Below, in pieces: positions 37,188 through 50,213 of a DNA stretch of 64,000 nucleotides. Origin of the DNA: Octopus sinensis. Lineage: Eukaryota. The DNA lies in the NCBI RefSeq assembly GCF_006345805.1, contig NC_042999.1, positions 25,296,001 to 25,360,000 on the forward strand, given 5' to 3'. Position 1 is the first letter of the stretch, and each line of letters starts with the position of its first letter. The position numbers and the translations under genes are program-made. A model generated the notes under the pieces. The model was given only the letters and a program-made list of their open reading frames with translations. It was not told the DNA's origin and did no database searches.

Positions 37188-37250
37188 ATATCTATCTATC
37201 TATCTATCTATCTATCTAACGATTTACTTACCTACCTACCTAGCTTGCTG
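36750..37250. repeat. Compound (ATGT)n/(ATCT)n/(CT)n/(GTCT)n microsatellite
   Basis: Visible arrays. Confidence 0.92.
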
Positions 37251-37419
37251 ACTATCGGTCTATCAATCATGCAATGAATGAATAAATGAATGAATGAATG
37301 AATCAACCAATCAAAGTACCACCAACTTTAGCTGTCATCTCCAAAATATAGGACATTGCCAATCATAACCCGGTTACAATTCTCTGTTCTTTATTTTCAG
37401 TAACAATTTCCCTTCCTGA

Positions 37420-37945
37420 TGTTTATTGCCTATAAACCTTCTCCTTCCTCTGCTTCTTTTCGCTTCAATCTTTCTCCAGATCCTCTTTCCTCATCACATG
37501 ATCAAGAAATCTCAGTCGCTTGGCTCTTATTTCACGAAGCAGTTTCCTATTCACCGCGGCTCGGATCAGCGTTTCTTCATTAGACATTCTGACTGTCCAT
37601 GCGATCCTCATTACGCTCCTTAAGAGACACATTTCGCAGCTATCCAAGCACCTTCTCATTTTTGTTGTTATAAATTATGTCACACTTCCATACATTAAAA
37701 CATAGTAGACGTAACAATTCAATATAAAAATCTTGGTCTTGAAGTTCAGAGTACAGAGATTGTAGATTTTGCCAGCAATATTCGTCTTTTGATCTCCTTC
37801 ACATATCTTGAGTCTTCTGTGATTAAAGTCCCAAGGTAGATGGAAAAATAATACCTGATTATTGGGTTGATTGTTCACTTTCAGTATGCACTTTGCACTT
37901 CCTTCTTTGTTTGCACCATACACTCTGTTTTCTTGCAATTTTTGA
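37420..37945 (-). mobile_element. RTE-clade LINE 3' remnant
   Basis: Minus strand across frameshifts: KKTECMV...YLGTLITEDSRYVKEIKRRI...TKIFILNCYVYYVLMYG...CEMCLLRSVMRIAWTVRMSNEE...RLRFLDHVMRKEDLEK. Confidence 0.85.
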
Positions 37946-37949
37946 ACAG

Positions 37950-38430
37950 ATCCTTCCTATCAATACCAATAATAATTGGAGCATTGGATTTGATAAAAAA
38001 ATATATGAACAAAAACGTAGAAGCTATACCTGGATCCTCAATGCTACACACTATAAAGAAAATAGCCCGGCTAGAAACAGCCCATATCCTACGCAAGGCA
38101 CTATCAATTCAATAATACAACCTAAACAAAACAATCCACATTCTACACAGCAATTATCCAGTAAAATAAACTTCCACCAGCAAGCTTGAAACCAGCGCGT
38201 TACACACTCAACACAAAATACACACAGTAATACCAAAAAAAAAAAAAAAAGACGGCACCACACCTCAAGAGAAAAGAAAATTGACGCAAAACAATACCGG
38301 GAAGAATTTGCACACGCCCGACAACAGAAAAGAATACACAATGTTGCACATACCCCAGCAATACGGAGGTGCAGCAGGTAGTGCAGTAGAAATTTGCCTG
38401 AAACTATCAAATGTTGAACAACAACAACAA
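37950..38430 (+). mobile_element. R4/Dong-like LINE 3' end and UTR
   Basis: IPIIIGALDLIKK...KIARLETAHILRKALSIQ* (stop at 38115), followed by a UTR ending in (AAC)n/(GAT)n. Confidence 0.75.
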
Positions 38431-38900
38431 CAACAGATTATGATGATGATGATGGTGGTGGTGGTGGTGTTGGTGATGGTGATGATGATTATCATCATCA
38501 ACATCATCACAATAACAATAATTCTTACTGTGAACGATATGGGAGCGTGACAGAAAATAGCACTTTTATAAATTCTGAAGGGGGAATGCAATAAATGCTA
38601 TACAATATAAGAAAAGATGTATTAAAAATGTTTAAGATATTCCCACACACATACACACACGCACGCACACACAGACATACATGTGTGCAACACACACACA
38701 TGTACATATATCTACATGCATACACATATACATAAATATATAAGCGCACAAATATGCATATGCACATATATGCACACACGCATATGCATATATATATAAC
38801 TATACGTGCACACACACACATACACAAATACAATCACAAACACACACACATGCGTGCACACATTTGAACGGAATGAAGAAATACAATAAACCTCACAATT

Positions 38901-39055
38901 TGGCTGTGTGGTAAGTAGCTTGCTTACCAACCACATGGTTCCGGGTTCAGTCCCACTGCCTGGCATCTTGGGCAAGTGTCTTCTGCTATAGCCCCGGGCC
39001 GACCAATGCCTTGTGAGTGGATTTGGTAGACGGAAGCTGAAAGAAGCCTGTCGTA

Positions 39056-39153
<98 letters not shown>

Positions 39154-39370
39154 ATATGTTTGCGTGTCTGTGTTTGTCACCCTAGCATTGCTTGACAACG
39201 GATGCTGGTGTGTTTACGTCCCCGTCACTTAGCGATTCGGCCAAAGAGAGCGATAGAATAAGTACTGGGCTTACAAAGAATAAGTCCCGGGGTCGACTAA
39301 AGGCGGTGCTCCAGCATGGCCACAGTCAAATGACTGAAAAAAGTAAAAGAGTAAAATAGTAAAGAGTAAA
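38901..39370 (+). mobile_element. SINE family A
   Basis: Family A body, central (TA)n and tail. Confidence 0.9.
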
Positions 39371-39493
39371 TAAAAGAAGAATTAAAATATAAATGTTTTT
39401 TAACTAGGTTGAGTTAGCATACACTATGCCGCTGTTCAGAAATGTTTCTCAAATTGTGCTTATTTGTGGACACATTAAGTATGTGTGCACATG

Positions 39494-39700
39494 CTCTTTT
39501 ACTGGTTTCAGTCATTTGACTGTGGCCATGCTGGAGCATCACCTTTAGTCGAGCAAATCAACCCCAAGACTTATTCTTTGTAAGCCTAGTACGTTTTCTA
39601 TCGGTCTCTTTTGCTGAACCGCTAGGTTACGGAGACGTAAACACATCAGCATCGGTTGTCAAGCGATGATGGGGGAACGAACACAGACACACAAACATAG

Positions 39701-39734
<34 letters not shown>

Positions 39735-39786
39735 ATACACACACATATATATATACACACACACACACATATATATATATACATAC

Positions 39787-39839
<53 letters not shown>

Positions 39840-40014
39840 ATATATATATACGACGGGCTTCTTTCAGATTCTGTCTACCAAATCCACTCACAAGGCTTTG
39901 GTTGCCCCGAGGCTATAGTAGAAGATTGTTGCCCAACCTGCCACGCAGTGGGACTGAACCCGGAACCATGTTGTTGGTAAGCTAGCTACTTACCACACGG
40001 CCACTCCTACGCCT
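39494..40014 (-). mobile_element. SINE family A
   Basis: Reverse-complement copy with an expanded (AC)n(AT)n centre. Confidence 0.9.
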
Positions 40015-40372
40015 GTGTAAGTTTCGAATGCCTTATTTTCCCACTAGTAGCTGTAGTATGTAAATATAAATAATTGCCATAATACCAGTAGAGATATTTT
40101 CATTGCTTTATAATTTCTGGAATATGTTGGATTACGATTCTTGGGGATGTTGATTGTTATTAAAATAGTAGGGATATGTTGATTGCTATTATAATAACTG
40201 GGAGATGTTAATTGTTATTATTGCATGAGCGCTCGGTTCAAAGTCTCTCTTGACCAGAAATGGCCTGAACTCTTTGTATGAACACTCTCCCTGTACATAA
40301 CTCCATGTCCCCCTACATGGCCTAGTATTTGCTTTTTGAGCCCCTCAAAAATAAATAAAATAAAATAAAATA

Positions 40373-40505
40373 AAATTAAATTAAATTAGAGATGACAATG
40401 CGATCTCTTGTCATTTATTAAATAACCAGGAATAGGTTCGGTCCTTATTCAAAATTGCTGAAAATGACAAGGGATCGCATTGTCATCTCTAATTTAATTT
40501 AATTT
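40373..40505. repeat. 44-bp-arm inverted repeat
   Basis: Arms 40373-40416 and 40462-40505 with one mismatch, ending in (TAATT)n. Confidence 0.85.
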
Positions 40506-40839
40506 AATCTCATCCTGTGGCCAAACTACACACCAAACTAATGACATATTACTGGATGAGATCATTTATAGGCCATGTTGTATAGGTAATTAATTCATAT
40601 AAGCATACACCCGGGAACAGAGGGAGCAGGAGGTGCAGGGCTTGCAAGAGTTTTACCGAGTACCAGGACAGCTTGTATTTCCTATTTTCATGGTAAATAC
40701 ACTTTCTAGTGTAGATAGTGGATTAGCGGAATTGTTGGAACATCCGATGAAATATCTTGCTGTAGTTCTAGGACTTTGAGTTTTCAGTTCTTGCATGGTA
40801 AACTTAAACTGTTTACACCCACCCATTACCACCATACCA

Positions 40840-40879
40840 CGACGATGACGATGACCACACGACGGCCACGATGACCACC

Positions 40880-40911
<32 letters not shown>

Positions 40912-40932
40912 CACCACCACCACCACCACACA

Positions 40933-40967
<35 letters not shown>

Positions 40968-40985
40968 CACCACCACCATCACCAC
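40840..40985. repeat. (GAC)n/(CAC)n trinucleotide array
   Basis: Visible array. Confidence 0.9.
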
Positions 40986-40989
40986 CTCG

Positions 40990-41636
40990 ATTGCATCCAG
41001 AACGATGAAAACTTTTTGAAAACGGTCATAACGGGTGAGGAATCGTGGGTCAATGGCTATGACCCCGAAACAAAGGCTCTCCGAGACCGAAGAAAGCAGG
41101 AATGAGTTAAAGCAACTTGAAAACGCTGTTGACCATTTTCTTTGACTACAAGGGGGTTGTTCATCATGAATATGCTTCACCTGGTCCGACAGTGAACAAG
41201 GAGTACTACCGTGACGTTTTAGGGGATGATATTCGTCGGGAAAGGCCACAATTGCATGCATCCAGTGAGTGGCAATGGCACCATGACAACATACCTACAC
41301 ATCTGCCCATTCAGCAGCAGATTTTGGCTAGGCACAGTATTTCCCAGGTCCAGTGGCCACCATATGCCCCAGATCTCGTCCCTTGCGACTTTCTCCTTTT
41401 GCCTTTTACCAAAATTCAAATCCCACTTGAAAGGAAGATTTCAGAACGTCGAGGAAATAAAAGTGAATGCGAGAAGGCAGCTGCTGATTATCCCAGAAAA
41501 TGAGTTCCAGGAATGCTTCCATAAATGGAAACATCGCTGGATTAAGTGTATGGCTTCTGAAGATTAAATGCCGAATTGGTACGTGTTGTTCCTTTGTTTT
41601 TATAGCACCAGTCGAGATACTTATTGACCAGACCTA
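40990..41636 (+). mobile_element. 5'-truncated mariner remnant
   Basis: NDENFLKTVITGEESWVNGYDPETK, KTLLTIFFDYKGVVHHEY, HHDNIPTH, PPYAPDLVPCDF, LKGRF...KWKHRWIKC. The right TIR-like gcaccagtcgagatacttattgaccagacct is cut by the SINE at 41637. Confidence 0.85.
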
Positions 41637-41791
41637 GGCGCAGGAGTGGCTGTGTGGTAAGTAGCTTGCTAACCAACCACATGGTTCCGGGTTCAGTCCC
41701 ACTGCGTGGCATCTTGGGCAAGTGTCTTCTGCTATAGCCCCGGGCCTTGTGAATGGATTTGGTAGACGGAAACTGAAAGAAGCCTGTCGCA

Positions 41792-41851
<60 letters not shown>

Positions 41852-42141
41852 GTAATAAATAAAATATATGCATACATGCAAACATATATGTACGTACCGA
41901 CATCTACATGTATATATACATGCATATGTAATTGTATGTGTTTGTGTGTCTGTTTGTCTCCCTAGCATTGCTTGACAACCGATGCTGGTGTGTTTACGTC
42001 CCCGTCACTTAGCGGTTCGGCAAAAGAGACCGATAGAATAAGTACTGGGCTTCCAAAGAATGTCCCGGGGTCGATTTGCTCGACTAAAGGCGGTGCTCCA
42101 GTATGGCCGCAGTGAAATGACTGAAACAAGTAAAAGAGAGA
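41637..42141 (+). mobile_element. SINE family A
   Basis: Full head-to-tail copy. Confidence 0.9.
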
Positions 42142-42553
42142 GTATCTACTCCCCATTCATGATGGCGATGCTGACAGTGAAGACGACGATGGCGGCAGCG
42201 GCAGCGACGACGACGACGATGATGATGGTGATAACGATCACATTCACCTGCTTGAAAATAATTATATAGGAAAATATATGTAGAAGCTGAATATGTGTAG
42301 AATTGGTGTTCACAATTAAACATGAAATGCTTAAACTAAGCAAAACGAACGAAATTTGATGAGAAAACAGAAATGATTGTCGCCAACTCAGAGTTCATGA
42401 ATATTTGTGGTAGTAAGAGTTTAATGCAATCAGAATACTGAGAACACGAAAAACTTCAGAAGCGATGTTTTCTTAAACGGTTGAACCATAATAAAATAGC
42501 GAGAAACTAAGCTTGAGACCGTGTAAAGAAAAAACACAACGAACAGACATATT

Positions 42554-42755
42554 TATTTCTTTACTACCCACAAGGGGCTAAAAACAGAGGGGACAAACAA
42601 GGCCAGACGAAGGGATTAAGTCGATTACATCGACCCCAGTGCGTAACTGGTACTTAATTCATCGACCCCGAAAGGATGAAAGGCAGAGTCGACCTCGGCG
42701 GAATTTGAACTCGGAACGTATCGACAGACGAAAAACGGTTCTGCCAGCTCGCCGC
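42554..42755 (-). mobile_element. SINE family D
   Basis: 11-bp TSD ACAGACATATT at 42543-42553 and 42756-42766. Short internal deletion in the head. Confidence 0.9.
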
Positions 42756-43249
42756 ACAGACATATTACATACAACAGATATGGTGAGGTGTTTAAGAGGC
42801 TCGCTCAGGAGTGATTCCAGTTTTAATTTACACGGTCTGACATATCAGGAAAATACGTCCTACCCAGACCTCGGCTGGGCTAATACCTTCAGTGATCTTT
42901 GATAAACGGAAATTGTGCCGAAGTTTACTGGATATCATATGCATACTATAAATTCGATTTAATACGAATTATGAAAAAAATTTTTTTTTTAATTTATTAT
43001 GAGACCAAATGTGCGACTTTGTGGATTTTATGCATTTACTTATTTTTATTTTCTCTGAAAATTTAAATCTCTTCATCTCGCGTGATTTTGACGCCAGTCA
43101 AGAACAAAAGCCGGTTTGCTTTTAGCAGTCGTCGTGTGATAACGTGCTACAGTTATTTATGAATTTTCAAATACAACTGGCATTGTTGTTTTATATAAAT
43201 CGCCTTTAGTAAATATGGTAAATGGCAAAAATACATTGTATCAAAAATA

Positions 43250-44090
43250 CTTCAAACAAAACAGGGAAGAGGCTTATTAAGAGCAAAAATTTGATGTAAT
43301 AAAACACCTTACGCGTAGGGATGGGAATTCAAAGATTGGTAAATATTTTGCATGCATGGCTCGACTGGCATGTGGTTGAAATATAAAAAAAAAAGAAATC
43401 GCTACTAACTTTTTCTGATTTGGAAATAATCACAAGAACGAGAAGCATTGCAATGATAGAAATCAAACCATTTTCTATAGTTTGAGGACTGTGAGAAATA
43501 AGGTATTTCTCTTTACAAAGCTTCAAGTTATGCAAAAATATTTAGTATATTTACAGTTGTGACAAATGATGATAATCGAGCAGATAATGAAGAGACATTT
43601 AATGCAAGTGATAACTGGTTTGAGCGATTTAAGAATTCAGCTACATCATTTTGTGGAGCGCCAGTCATTAATAGAAAAAGTATAGCAAAATATTCTGAGT
43701 TTCTGAAGAAAGTAATTGCAGTAAAGAGAAAGAAACAAATATTTTACGCAAATGAGACCGGATTAATTTAGAAAAGGATGTCTTTTAAAAGTTATAGTTC
43801 TAAAATGAATAATTTCAACCAGTATTTAAAGTTTGAAAGGAGCGATTAATTTTTTTTTTTCATTTGCGGTAAGCACAGATGTCAAGTTAACATTAATGGT
43901 GGTGTATCATTCAGCAAATGAACGCTCCGTAACGGGACATAACTGTCGATCATTTCCGGTATCTCATCGTACCAACAAAAAGCATAGGTGACCAAATATC
44001 TATCTAAAGAATTGCATTCTTTATATTTTTGTGCTAATGTTACAAAATATTGTAAACAAATTAATATTGTATTTAGCGCAATATTAGGAA
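43250..44090 (+). mobile_element. pogo/Tigger-like transposase remnant
   Basis: FNASDNWFERFKN (Tigger F.AS.GWF.RFK) and QIFYANETGL in ORF 43559-43771, plus KLTLMVVYHSAN downstream. Many stops and frameshifts. Confidence 0.75.
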
Positions 44091-44984
44091 TTTTAAAATT
44101 ATGAATTTTAGATAACGTTATGATTTGTGTGGAAATGTGAAAGTTATATAAATGCTATATACAATAACCTCATTACAACTAATGGATTAAAAATAATCAC
44201 GACATCTAAACCTTACTCTCTACGTAAAACGTCTATTCAAGTAAGAGATCAGACAACAGGTTAAAATTCAAGTAACATGCATGAGGGCTGAACATTTCTG
44301 TTGCGAAAATGGGTAATTTGAAGGATATCCTTATGAGGGCATATTTCTGTGGAGCACAAACTGCACGTTTGAGAAATAACTTGGTGTTGAGGAAGTTGAC
44401 TATAAATGGGAGTCGAGTTTCGTTTATGATTCTTCTTAATGAAACTCGTGTCCTGAAAGGAATAATTATCTAACATTAATTCTTCTTAAGATGAAAAAAA
44501 TAATTCAAAGTAAAATAACAAACTGATCAAATGAAATAATTCTTTTAAAAAAATTTTCAAACTTCATTTCTGTATTTAAATGAGCAGAAACATTGAACAG
44601 AATGATCTTGATTGACGATCACAGCATCGAAAGAAATATCCAACTCCATTGAAATCTCAACAAAATTTGACTAACTTACTAGACTATATTGATTATTTAA
44701 AGAGTAGTGAATGCATCCCGTTTAGTTGTTTAAAACCCCTAATGCACACAATTTTGTTAATGTAGTATTATTTTACTATAATAACATTTAGACTTTCCTA
44801 AAGGTTTCCCATTCTTCTGTAGAATTGTATCTTTATGTAAACTTTAAATTTTCGCTATTAAGGTGTAAAAACTGCATTGTTTATGCTGTATAAAATCGCG
44901 AAAAGAATGGTAGCTTTGAAATAATGATCTTGATCGGTACAAATGAAAACGACGAAACGAAACTTTATTTTGGTGCACATACGT

Positions 44985-45535
44985 GCTTTATCCTGTAGAT
45001 GGGTTTCAGCCGTTGGTTTTTGAAATCATGAATTGTAAGGAATTTTTCATTTAAAAATAGGAAACAATATCTAATTAGAAAATTACTATTTTTAAATCTC
45101 ACACGCGAGATATTCAGCAATAGTACTTTGGAGTAAAGATTGTTTGCTAACATAACATAGCAGTCCTGGTTTAGGACGAATGTTGCTGTAATTTAGCCCC
45201 ATGAAACATCGTCTGCAGCAGGCTATACGAGAATCTAGCACCCCCACTCGGCTCAAAACAATTATTCTGTGTTGATGAAGGGAAATAAGCCGGAAATCGC
45301 GATACACAGATATTGTTTTGAGTTGAGTGGAGGGTACTAGATTCTCTTACTCGAGAATATAAGGACACAGATCGTGTCGTATAGTCAGCTGGAGAGATGT
45401 CTCCTGGGGCTAAATTACAGCAACATTCGTCCTAAACCAGGACTGTCATGTTATGTTGGCAAACAATCTTGACTCCAATATCTAATTATTTCTTTGATTT
45501 TTACAATTTGGATTGAACCGCAGGAAAAGGTACAT
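44985..45535. mobile_element. Fold-back MITE-like element
   Basis: Inner arms 45130-45271 and 45302-45476 (e.g. cagtcctggtttaggacgaatgttgctgtaatttagcccca and its reverse complement). Weaker outer pairing extends to ~44985 and ~45535. Confidence 0.75.
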
Positions 45536-45604
45536 ACATACATGCATGCATGCATACATACATACATACATACATACATACATACATACATACATGCATA
45601 CATA

Positions 45605-46896
45605 CGAGGGACGTTCAATAAGTAATGTCTCTGACCCACTTGCAGTTGTTTGATCTAGCTGAAATTTTGCATGTGCAATCATTTATATCTCTATAGAGTA
45701 AGTGGCAAATTACGGCTCTGAATTAATTGTGGTTTCTGATTTACAGGTGTTTGAACCGAGTCAAGTGTGAAATGGAGCCTGTTGAGTGTCGAGCAGTAAT
45801 CCGGTTTTTGTATTTGAAAGGACGCACACCACGGGAGACTTTTGATGAAATGAAAGTAACTTATGGTGATGATGCCCCATCATATGACCTTGTAAAACGC
45901 TGGCATCGTGAATTCAAACATGGTCGGAACTCTGTGGAAACAGCTCCCAGATCTGGTCGCCCCTTCTGCCATTGATGAGGCATCTGTCCGTCAAGTTGAG
46001 GCTGCCATTTTGGAAGATCGACACATAATTATTCGCCAATTAGCCCATGAGGTCAAGATTAGTACCGGGTCTGTGGAAACTATCATTCATGACCATTTGC
46101 ATATGCAAAAGGTGTCTGCCAGATGGATTCCCAGGTTGCTCACGCCTTTCCAGAAGCAAGAACGCGTCGAGTGCTCGAGGGTGAATTTGGAGATGTGCCA
46201 AGAAGATGAGTCAAAATTTTTCAAAAGACTGATTACACAGGATGAAACCTGGGTCCATCACGATGATCCAGAGACTAAATCCCAGTCAATGCAGTGGAAG
46301 CACCGTGACTCACCCTCTCCAAAGAAGGCAAGGGTGCAGCCCTCCGCTGGCAAGGTCATGCTCACAGTCTTCTGGGACCAGGACGGAGTAGTGATGACAG
46401 ATTTCCTGGCAAAGGGTACCACAATTGCAGGAGCCTATTATGCTTCACTTTTGAGGAAATTAAGAGAAGTTATCAAAATCAAGAGGCGGGGCAAGATCAG
46501 CAAAGGCATCCTCCTCCTGCAGGACAACGCTCCGGTCCACAACTCGCTTGTCGCCAGATCAGCAGCACAGGCGTATGACTATGAACTCCCCCCCCCCATC
46601 CCCCTACTCTCCTGACCTTGCACCCTCTGATTTTCACCTCTTCCCAGTCATGAAGTTGTTTTTGAAAGGAAAGCGTTTCCCAGATGATGCAGCCTTGATT
46701 TCTGAAGTCACGTCGTGGTTGGAGGACCAAGCTGGGTTCTTCTACAAAAACGGTCTCCAGAGCTGCATCAAACAAAGGGAGAAATGCGTAACTCTGGGTG
46801 GTTCCTATGTAGAAAAAGACTAATAACTGTGCCAAGTTTCGTTGCTCTACTGCTATAGGAAGTGGGTCATGGGCATTACTTATTGAACGCCCCTCG
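45605..46896 (+). mobile_element. Full-length mariner (DD34D, irritans-like) transposon
   Basis: 1292 bp, TA flanks at 45603-45604 and 46897-46898. TIRs match 22/23 (32/36 extended), starting CGAGGG(A/G)CGTTCAATAAGTAATG. Confidence 0.95.
45772..46823 (+). pseudogene. Mariner transposase with two +1 frameshifts (~349 aa if repaired)
   Basis: HTH MEPVECRAVIRFLYLKG...SGRP, WIPRLL, TQDETW, QDNAPVH, YSPDLAPSDF. After repair 34 residues separate the second and third Asp. Extra C in runs at 45960-45963 and 46588-46604; no other stops seen. Confidence 0.9.
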
Positions 46897-48919
46897 TATA
46901 TACATACGTGCGTGCATGGATACATAGAAACACACAGATATGTATGTTTATAAGTAAGTTTGTATGTATGTATGTATGTATGTATGTATGTATGTATGTA
47001 TGTATGTATGTATGTATGTATATATGTATACATACGCACGCGCACAAAGTACGCTCAATTTCGTCACTCTCTTTGCCTTTTTCCTATTATTTCAGATATT
47101 ATTCGAAGGTATCAATAATAAATTTTCGGATAAAAATCCTTTTATTATCTTTTGGTATTAAATTAAATTAAAAAGAGGTTGAAAAGTTAGCATTTCATCG
47201 TTTCTTAGGCCCTTTGAGAGTGCAAATGTTTTTTTAGATGAAAAGTAAAAGTTTCAATTTCTTATGTTGTTCAAATTCTTCATTGTTTATTATAAATGAC
47301 AAAAGAAAATGATAACGTTAAGCCTGCTATTTCGAAAGACTTAACGACAGATAAAACTTAACTAAACGAAAGCTGCTTTGTGCGACATAAGCACCGATGT
47401 TTCAAATACAGTACCAGAAAAAGTTTATCTCCTATTTGTATGTTTTATTCGCTTTCCGCCAAAATACATTGATTTTTGCGCAAGTGAATGAGGCGGGGAG
47501 AGATTTCCTTTTACCTTTACTTCTCTCTTCAACGGTGTACTTCCTCCGTCGTTCATATCCCCTTCGCAAACGCAAATCAAAAGCTAGTACTAATTAGCTC
47601 AAGACAGTGGCTCTGCTCATTACTTTTCTGCGATCCGTAGAAGTGTTCCGGAAGCAACAGATTCTGTGATCTGTTGCTGTCCTTGTTGTTGTTGTTGTTG
47701 TTGTTAAGCAAGAAGACGGGTAAGGGTGATTAGGTGATGGTCTAGGGCTTAGAGGCAGGAGACCCCCAGACCTTGGAAAAAAAAACTTTGGTCGTCTTGT
47801 TGTAGTCGAGGGCTCTTTGTTGACGCCCGACACCACTGGGAGGTGGCCCTCGAAATCGCTGGAAATAGAGATCTTCAGGTCCAAATTCTTGGACGGCTGT
47901 TTCTGTTGTTTTCTGTTTCTCCTCTTTGAAGAGGAGAAACGGGCAACTTAGCAGGAAGTTATCATAGTGCCACACATTTAATATTTGGCTTTTATGTCCC
48001 TCCTCTACACATTTTATAGTTGGACTTTCTGCTTCTTCTTCCACAGGTTTTATAGCTGGGTCTTCTAGCCCCTCTTCCACACGTTTAACAGTTGGGATTT
48101 GTTACATATGTACAATAGCTGGCTTTTTCTGCTCCCTGTTCAACAGTCCAATCATCTGGACGGAATTATATTTTCAAAAGCGGTATACACTTCATTACGG
48201 TCTGTTCCTTATCAATGGACATATCATGTCATACGTAGCATAGAAAAGCTTCGTAAATTGTTGTTGTGATGAAATACCCAGTCTAGGTTTTGCAGTGCTG
48301 AGTTATGTAAACATTCACTTTGATCATTCCTAAATACATTCCCGAAGTAAAGATGCAACTTCTTTGTTGACATACCATGGCTATGGTTGTCTTTATGGAT
48401 AGATTCAAACCACGTTTAAAACTCCTTAAAACTAACAAATAACTTGTCGTCAGTACTTTGTTAATGCTGTATAAATTTGCGTTGCCCTTTTGTTAGTACC
48501 TTTATTTAATCGTCTTCATTTGTGTTTTAAGTGTAAAATTGTGATCGTATTTGTCAGAAGACTTGTTCTACAGTATTTTTGGTTTATTAAAAAAAAAAAA
48601 TTCTTTTACAGTTTTTGAACGTTTTGATTGTATTCGTCCAGGTGGTGTGTAAGGGGGAGGGGGATTCGTATCGGCGTTGTTCCTTTCTTAGCATCTCTTT
48701 CTTATACCCTGGTAAGAAAAACGATATTCAGTTTATATAGAAGAATTAGAAAAACATTAGATAAGAGAAAAAATAGAGAGCTTTTGCCACATTTCTATGT
48801 CCTCTATTTGGAAACTAAAAAACAAAAAACAAAAAATACCAGAAAGGGATTCATCTAGTCAATTCGGTAATAATCCAATTTTTCGGTGCGACTTAACAAC
48901 TCCGATAATGCAAAACACA

Positions 48920-48994
<75 letters not shown>

Positions 48995-49022
48995 GATAAT
49001 AATGATGATGATGATGATGATA

Positions 49023-49065
<43 letters not shown>

Positions 49066-49145
49066 TGATGACGATGACGATGTTGATGATGATGATGATG
49101 ATGATGATGACGATGATGACGATGATGACGATGATGATGATGATG

Positions 49146-49196
<51 letters not shown>

Positions 49197-49230
49197 TAAT
49201 AATAATAATAATAAATATAATAACAATAAT
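48920..49230. repeat. Compound (AAT)n/(GAT)n triplet array
   Basis: Alternating AAT and GAT blocks. Confidence 0.95.
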
Positions 49231-49549
49231 AAAAATAATCCTAAAATATTGGGGGAGAGCGCTAGTCAATTACGTTTACCCCAGTACATGTTACCTAGTA
49301 CATGTCGAAAAGCAAAGTTAAACTCTGCGGAATTTGACGTTAGGATGTAATGAGCCGGAAGAAGTGCCACTAATCATTTTGTCCGACATGAAAAAGATTA
49401 TGCCATATCACAACCTTTTCCGTCAGCCTGCAGGTTTTATGATTTAGGCACAAGGTCAGTGGTTCTGAGGAGGGAGGGGGTTATCGATTGCTCGAATGGT
49501 AATTTATTTTATTGACTTTGGAAGGACAAAAATGCGGCCTTCAATAAAT

Positions 49550-49590
49550 TTCATGATGATATTGATGACGACGACGACGACGACGACGAC

Positions 49591-49648
<58 letters not shown>

Positions 49649-49732
49649 GTGGTGGTGATGACGATGATGATTATGATGATGATGATGGTGGTGGTGATGA
49701 CGAGGATGATGATGATGATGATGATGGTGGTG

Positions 49733-49775
<43 letters not shown>

Positions 49776-49820
49776 ATTGATGATGATGATGATGATGATG
49801 ACGATGATGATGATGATGAT
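49550..49820. repeat. (GAT)n/(GAC)n/(GGT)n triplet array
   Basis: Visible array. Confidence 0.95.
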
Positions 49821-50007
49821 ACATATGAAAATCATATGACGTATAACCTGTATAGCAAATAGAAGAAATGCTAAACTAGCATAAACATTGAAAGAAACCA
49901 CTTGATTGAACTTAGAGGGTCACAATGCTGCACACAGCTGGGACACGGCTGTATGCGGTAGACGTTGACATGTAACTGATGTAACCATGAAAAGCTATAG
50001 TAGAAAG

Positions 50008-50157
50008 GTGTGGTAAGTAGCTTGCTAACCAACCACATGGTTCTGGGTTCAGTCCCACTGTGTTGCATCTTGGGCAAGTGTCTTCTGCTATAGCCCCGGG
50101 CCGACCAATGCCTTGTGAGTGGATTTGGTAGACGGAAACTGAGAGAAGCCTGTCGTA

Positions 50158-50213
<56 letters not shown>

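Noticed and set aside
40653-41261. 202-aa minus-strand ORF
   Set aside because: Composed of the antisense of the mariner remnant plus a (GTC)/(GTG) triplet array.
48797-49321. Poly-Asn/poly-Asp protein (174 aa) and the opposite-strand poly-His/Ser ORFs
   Set aside because: Explained entirely by triplet arrays; no flanking domain or splice evidence.
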